From Eledone cirrhosa (taxonomy: Eukaryota): DNA of 64,000 bases. Shown in pieces: positions 13,500-64,000 of the stretch. Both the position numbers and the translations under genes were made by a program. The notes beneath the pieces were generated by a model. The model did no database searches, was not told the origin of the DNA, and saw only the letters and a list, made by a program, of their open reading frames with translations. The stretch is from assembly GCA_964016885.1 (NCBI GenBank), contig OZ024740.1, forward strand, positions 379,626,001 through 379,690,000, given 5' to 3'. How positions within the stretch are numbered: position 1 is the first letter of the stretch; each line of letters starts with the position of its first letter.

Positions 13500-14418
13500 C
13501 ATCTTCTCTATGCAGATGATTTGGTCCTTATAGCCAAGTCCATAAAAGAATGGAATTTGGAACCAAAAGGTCTGAGAGTAAACTTAGCCAAAACTAAAGT
13601 GCTAGCGAGAAGAAAAAAAGATAGGACCTTAGTGCTTTCAGGGAAGTAGCCCTGCTCCATATGTAAGAAAGGAGTAGGCATAAACTTCATTTGGTGTACT
13701 CAATGTAAATCTTGGGTACACAAGAGATGTAGTGGGATAATGAGTAGATTAACAGGAAAGGAATACTTTGTATGTAGAAGATACACAAGTGTAATCGAAG
13801 GGAAGAACGTCAGTGTTATAAACCTCTTCAAGTCACAGGAAGGGTCCACAAAAGTGGTTGGTAGCTTCTGCTATCTGAGTGAGTTAATTTGCAGTGGAGG
13901 AGGGTGTTCTGAGAGCATAATAGCTAGAACAAGGATAGGATGGGAGAAGTTTAGAGAGCTACTCCCACTGTTGAGAACAAGGTGTTTCTTCATATGTACA
14001 AAAGGACGACTGTATGACACCTGTGTGCAAAGTGCGATGTTGCATGGTAGTGTAACATGGGCAGTAACTGAAGAAGACATGCGTAGACTTGAGAAAAATG
14101 AAGCAGCCATGCTTTGTTGGATGTGCAATGTAAATGTGAGAGAAAGGCAGAGTTTGGATGAAGAGAGGGAGAAACTGGGTTTATGAGGAATCTGAGGTGG
14201 TGTGCAGGATAATGATTGTTGGGTGGAGAAGTGCCAGGAAGCTGCAGTAGAGGTAGACCAAGAAAGACCTGGATGGAGGTAGTAAGAGCTGGCTTTAAAT
14301 CACCGAGACTCACAGAGGAGATGATGAATAAACTTAGTGAGTGGAGAGATATTGTGCTGAGAAGGACCCGTCCAATCCATGTGACCATGGGAAAACAGAA
14401 GTAATAATGATGATGATT
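13500..14418 (+). mobile_element. Degraded RTE LINE 3' fragment
   Basis: LLYADDLVL, GLRVNLAKTK, GWEKFRELLPLL, GRPRKTW; stops and deletions; (GAT)n tail. Confidence 0.9.
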
Positions 14419-14504
14419 ACATATTCATAATGTAATTGTCTCACTTGCATATTTGGCCTCTCTATTCTAAAATACAAACATTAATGTGATTTCTTTGACT
14501 CAAA

Positions 14505-14641
14505 GAGTTACGGGCCTTTGCCATTCTGAGTTCAAATCCCGCCGAGGTTAACTTTGCCTTTCATCCTTACGGGGTCGATAAAATAAAGTACCAGTAATGC
14601 ACTGGGTAATTGCTGGCCTTGTGCTAAAAGTAGAAACAATT
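14505..14641 (+). mobile_element. SINE family A (5'-truncated)
   Basis: gagttcaaatcccgccgagg...ggggtcgataaaataaagtacc...gtagaaacaatt; a more diverged copy lies at about 14845-15060. Confidence 0.85.
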
Positions 14642-15114
14642 AATGTGATTTCATGAGGTATAGGATGTTAAAAGTTAATTTATAGGAGTACAAGGTGAAT
14701 ATAAGTTATTTTAAAAATTCATCTTGTAGATTCCATATTATGCGAGATAAAACCTTTACCATGAAAATACAATAGTGCAGTAATGAAAATGTTGAAGGGT
14801 AAGCCTCAACAACAACAATTAATTACACTTATTATACATTTATTTAGGGCGGTGGATTGAGATAATCATTAGAGTGTTGGACAAAATGCTTACTGTATTT
14901 GTTATGGACCCTTATGTTTTGAGTTCAAATCCATCCGAGGTCACCTTTACCTTTCATGTTTTTGCTGTTGATAAAATAAAGTACCAGCCAAATACTGTGA
15001 TTAGTACACTTGACCTTTCCTCTCACCCAAAGTTGCTGGCCTGGTGCCTAAGTCAGAAATCATTATGCTTTTATTCATTTATCTAATTTTACTTTAAACT
15101 TTTCTCTTTTGCAG

Positions 15115-63352
<48,238 letters not shown>

Positions 63353-63434
63353 AAAAATGATTGTATGGAAAAAAAATTAATGCTGCAAATTATAAGAAAT
63401 GTTGTTTTGATATTTTAATGTAATTTTTTTCTAA

Positions 63435-63440
63435 AATAAA
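63435..63440 (+). terminator. Candidate LIG1 polyadenylation signal AATAAA
   Basis: About 80 nt after the stop and followed by a T-rich tract. Confidence 0.5.
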
Positions 63441-64000
63441 TTTATATACTACTTTATATTTTAATTCTTGATATTTATCCTTGACTGAGCTGACCCATAT
63501 CAGATAAATATGTCTCGCTCATATATTCCATTTGGGCATGGTTTCTGTGGCTGGATTCCCTTCTTAATACCAGCCACTTCATGGCATGTACTAGTTATGT
63601 TTTATCATGGCACCAGCACTACCACTTATTTCAGATATAGTGTATGAAGAACTACATTAACTAATGTGTCCTTAATTTGAGGAAAATTTGTGGTAGATCT
63701 AATCATCATGTTTTAACATCAGTACATGACCTTTGATTGCCTTCAAGAGTCCTCTCTGTTGCAAGCATTAAGACCCATTCTCTAATTTGGAGATAGAAAG
63801 ATGTTTCTACCTTTATCCTGACCAGTGTTTGAAGTTATGGATGATGGTACTCTCTCTTTTGATTACGCTATGAAATAAATTTCTAGCTAAGTGAAAGACC
63901 ATGTAGACCAGAGGTTCCCATAATGTGTATTGTGATGCTTTAGTGTCACTGATAATGTCTAGATGCCATGAATCTGATTCATTTTTATGAACACTTGGCT

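Noticed and set aside
1-15114. LIG1 N-terminal (PIP-box) exons
   Set aside because: No segment with both splice signals and a plausible open frame was found. The region is poorly conserved, so small exons could have been missed.

Overview
AT-rich, repeat-dense animal genomic DNA. The SINE/RTE/microsatellite landscape suggests a cephalopod mollusc such as an octopus; this is inference only. The window holds the 3' part of a spliced DNA ligase 1 gene (LIG1) on the + strand: 16 coding exons from 15115 to the stop at 63352. They total 2002 nt, join in one continuous frame (about 666 aa covering the DNA-binding, adenylation KYDGERAQ and OB domains), and include one GC-AG intron. The N-terminal exons are not visible and probably lie upstream. 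The introns contain 5'-truncated RTE LINEs with a PHD-type finger inside the RT, a CR1-like LINE, an RLE-type non-LTR fragment in a microsatellite, a complete but decayed hAT transposon with an 8-bp TSD, several MITE families, Helitron ends, tRNA-derived SINEs, a Penelope-type minimal hammerhead ribozyme and a 38-bp minisatellite. Most of the short ORFs supplied are repeat artefacts. I found no convincing wholly new system. The best leads are the PHD-in-RT LINEs, the hammerhead, the microsatellite-embedded RLE element, a 141-bp templated inverted duplication and possible antisense non-coding exons.
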